A stretch of 64,000 nt of DNA from Vicugna vicugna (Eukaryota): assembly GCA_013265495.1 (NCBI GenBank), contig MU058636.1:558001-622000 (forward strand). Direction: 5' to 3'. The notes below the pieces were generated by a model. It was not told where the DNA came from. It searched no databases and saw nothing but the letters and a program-made list of their open reading frames with translations. Positions 63,051 through 64,000 of this stretch are shown here, piece after piece. Position 1 is the stretch's first letter. Every line of letters begins with the position of its first letter. A program made the translations under genes and the position numbers.

Positions 63051-64000
63051 GACGGGTTTTGGTTTTTTTTTTTTAACCTCTCGAAAAGAGCTGGAACGTG
63101 GCAATGCAGGGCTGGTTTTCAGGAGGGGCCGTTTCTACCTGAGTTGCTGCTTCCAGTGAAAGGACAGTGTCGTGCTGCTGCGAGCGCTGTTTCTTGTTGA
63201 CCTTTCCTCCTAACCTAACCTCGCTGCTCACTGAAGTCGCCACCCCGCTCGCCGGCACCATGGAAAAAGATTCCGTTTGTTTCCATCTCTGCTTCGGGTC
63301 TTCTCAGCGTCCCCAGACCCTGGCCGGAGGCCCCCTGGGCGGTGCTACCCGCCCGCACGGTCGCCACACGCCCATCAGCTGTGCTCTGAGCGGGGATGGC
63401 GGTCGGCAGACAGATCCCACCTAACTTGAAACTGCAGATCTGTTTCTCCCGTCAAATCATTGCCTAATTTGGTCCTGTCACTCTTTGGCCAGTCTCTTCT
63501 TTTTGACAGGAAATCACCCAGTGATTCTCTGTACAGGAGTGAGATTTCTTCCGACACCCACAATGGTGCCCTTACTCCCACTTTCCAAAACCTTGTCTGG
63601 AAGAGAAGAAAATCAAGTGTCCAGTACAAGCCCTTCTTCCCTCCAGTTCCCAGTTTTGATGGTCAGAGGGGACCTGAAACCAGGAGGGACTAGAGGAATC
63701 TTTTTATTTTTGGAATGGAATCTGTACTGAATTAGTTAACCTTGAACCCCTTCGTGCCCTCAGCCAGACTGTCCTCTAACAGCTCCATGCAATCTGAATT
63801 CTTCTCTTAACACAAAACACAATATCCTATCTCTGTAAAGGCCACGGAAGTTGTCATTTTGGGTGTTTTTTTGTTTTGTTTGCTCACAGTGTCATCTAGA
63901 GTTTGGAGGGGACCTTCCTCTTGTGGAAGAGAATTGAAATGATGTCCCCATTCTGTCATTTTAAAGAATTTCTGTGTTAAAAGAGGAGTATCTCTCAGCT

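Overview
This is mammalian genomic DNA, very likely from a camelid (alpaca, llama or camel), judged from four tRNA-Ala-derived Vic-1-type SINEs. The whole window appears to lie inside the P4-ATPase phospholipid flippase gene ATP8A2 on the + strand. Only two short coding exons are present: 33618-33706 ([30 protein letters not shown], around the last transmembrane helix) and 38782-38886 ([35 protein letters not shown], start of the cytoplasmic C-tail). The rest is intronic: L1 fragments of several ages (many nested, several with target-site duplications, TSDs), ERV1/MaLR solo LTRs, MIR, L2 and CR1 fossils, a probable hAT-Charlie fossil, CpG-rich islands and two homeodomain-motif-rich enhancer candidates. 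Nearly all ORFs in the supplied track look like chance ORFs or decayed L1 pieces. I found no convincing novel biological system. The best leads are local AT-to-GC bias in repeats, a possible ancient L1 3' transduction, a candidate in-frame cassette or alternative first exon in a CpG island, and the enhancer candidates. Repeat subfamily names come from recalled consensus sequences, and repeat boundaries are approximate.
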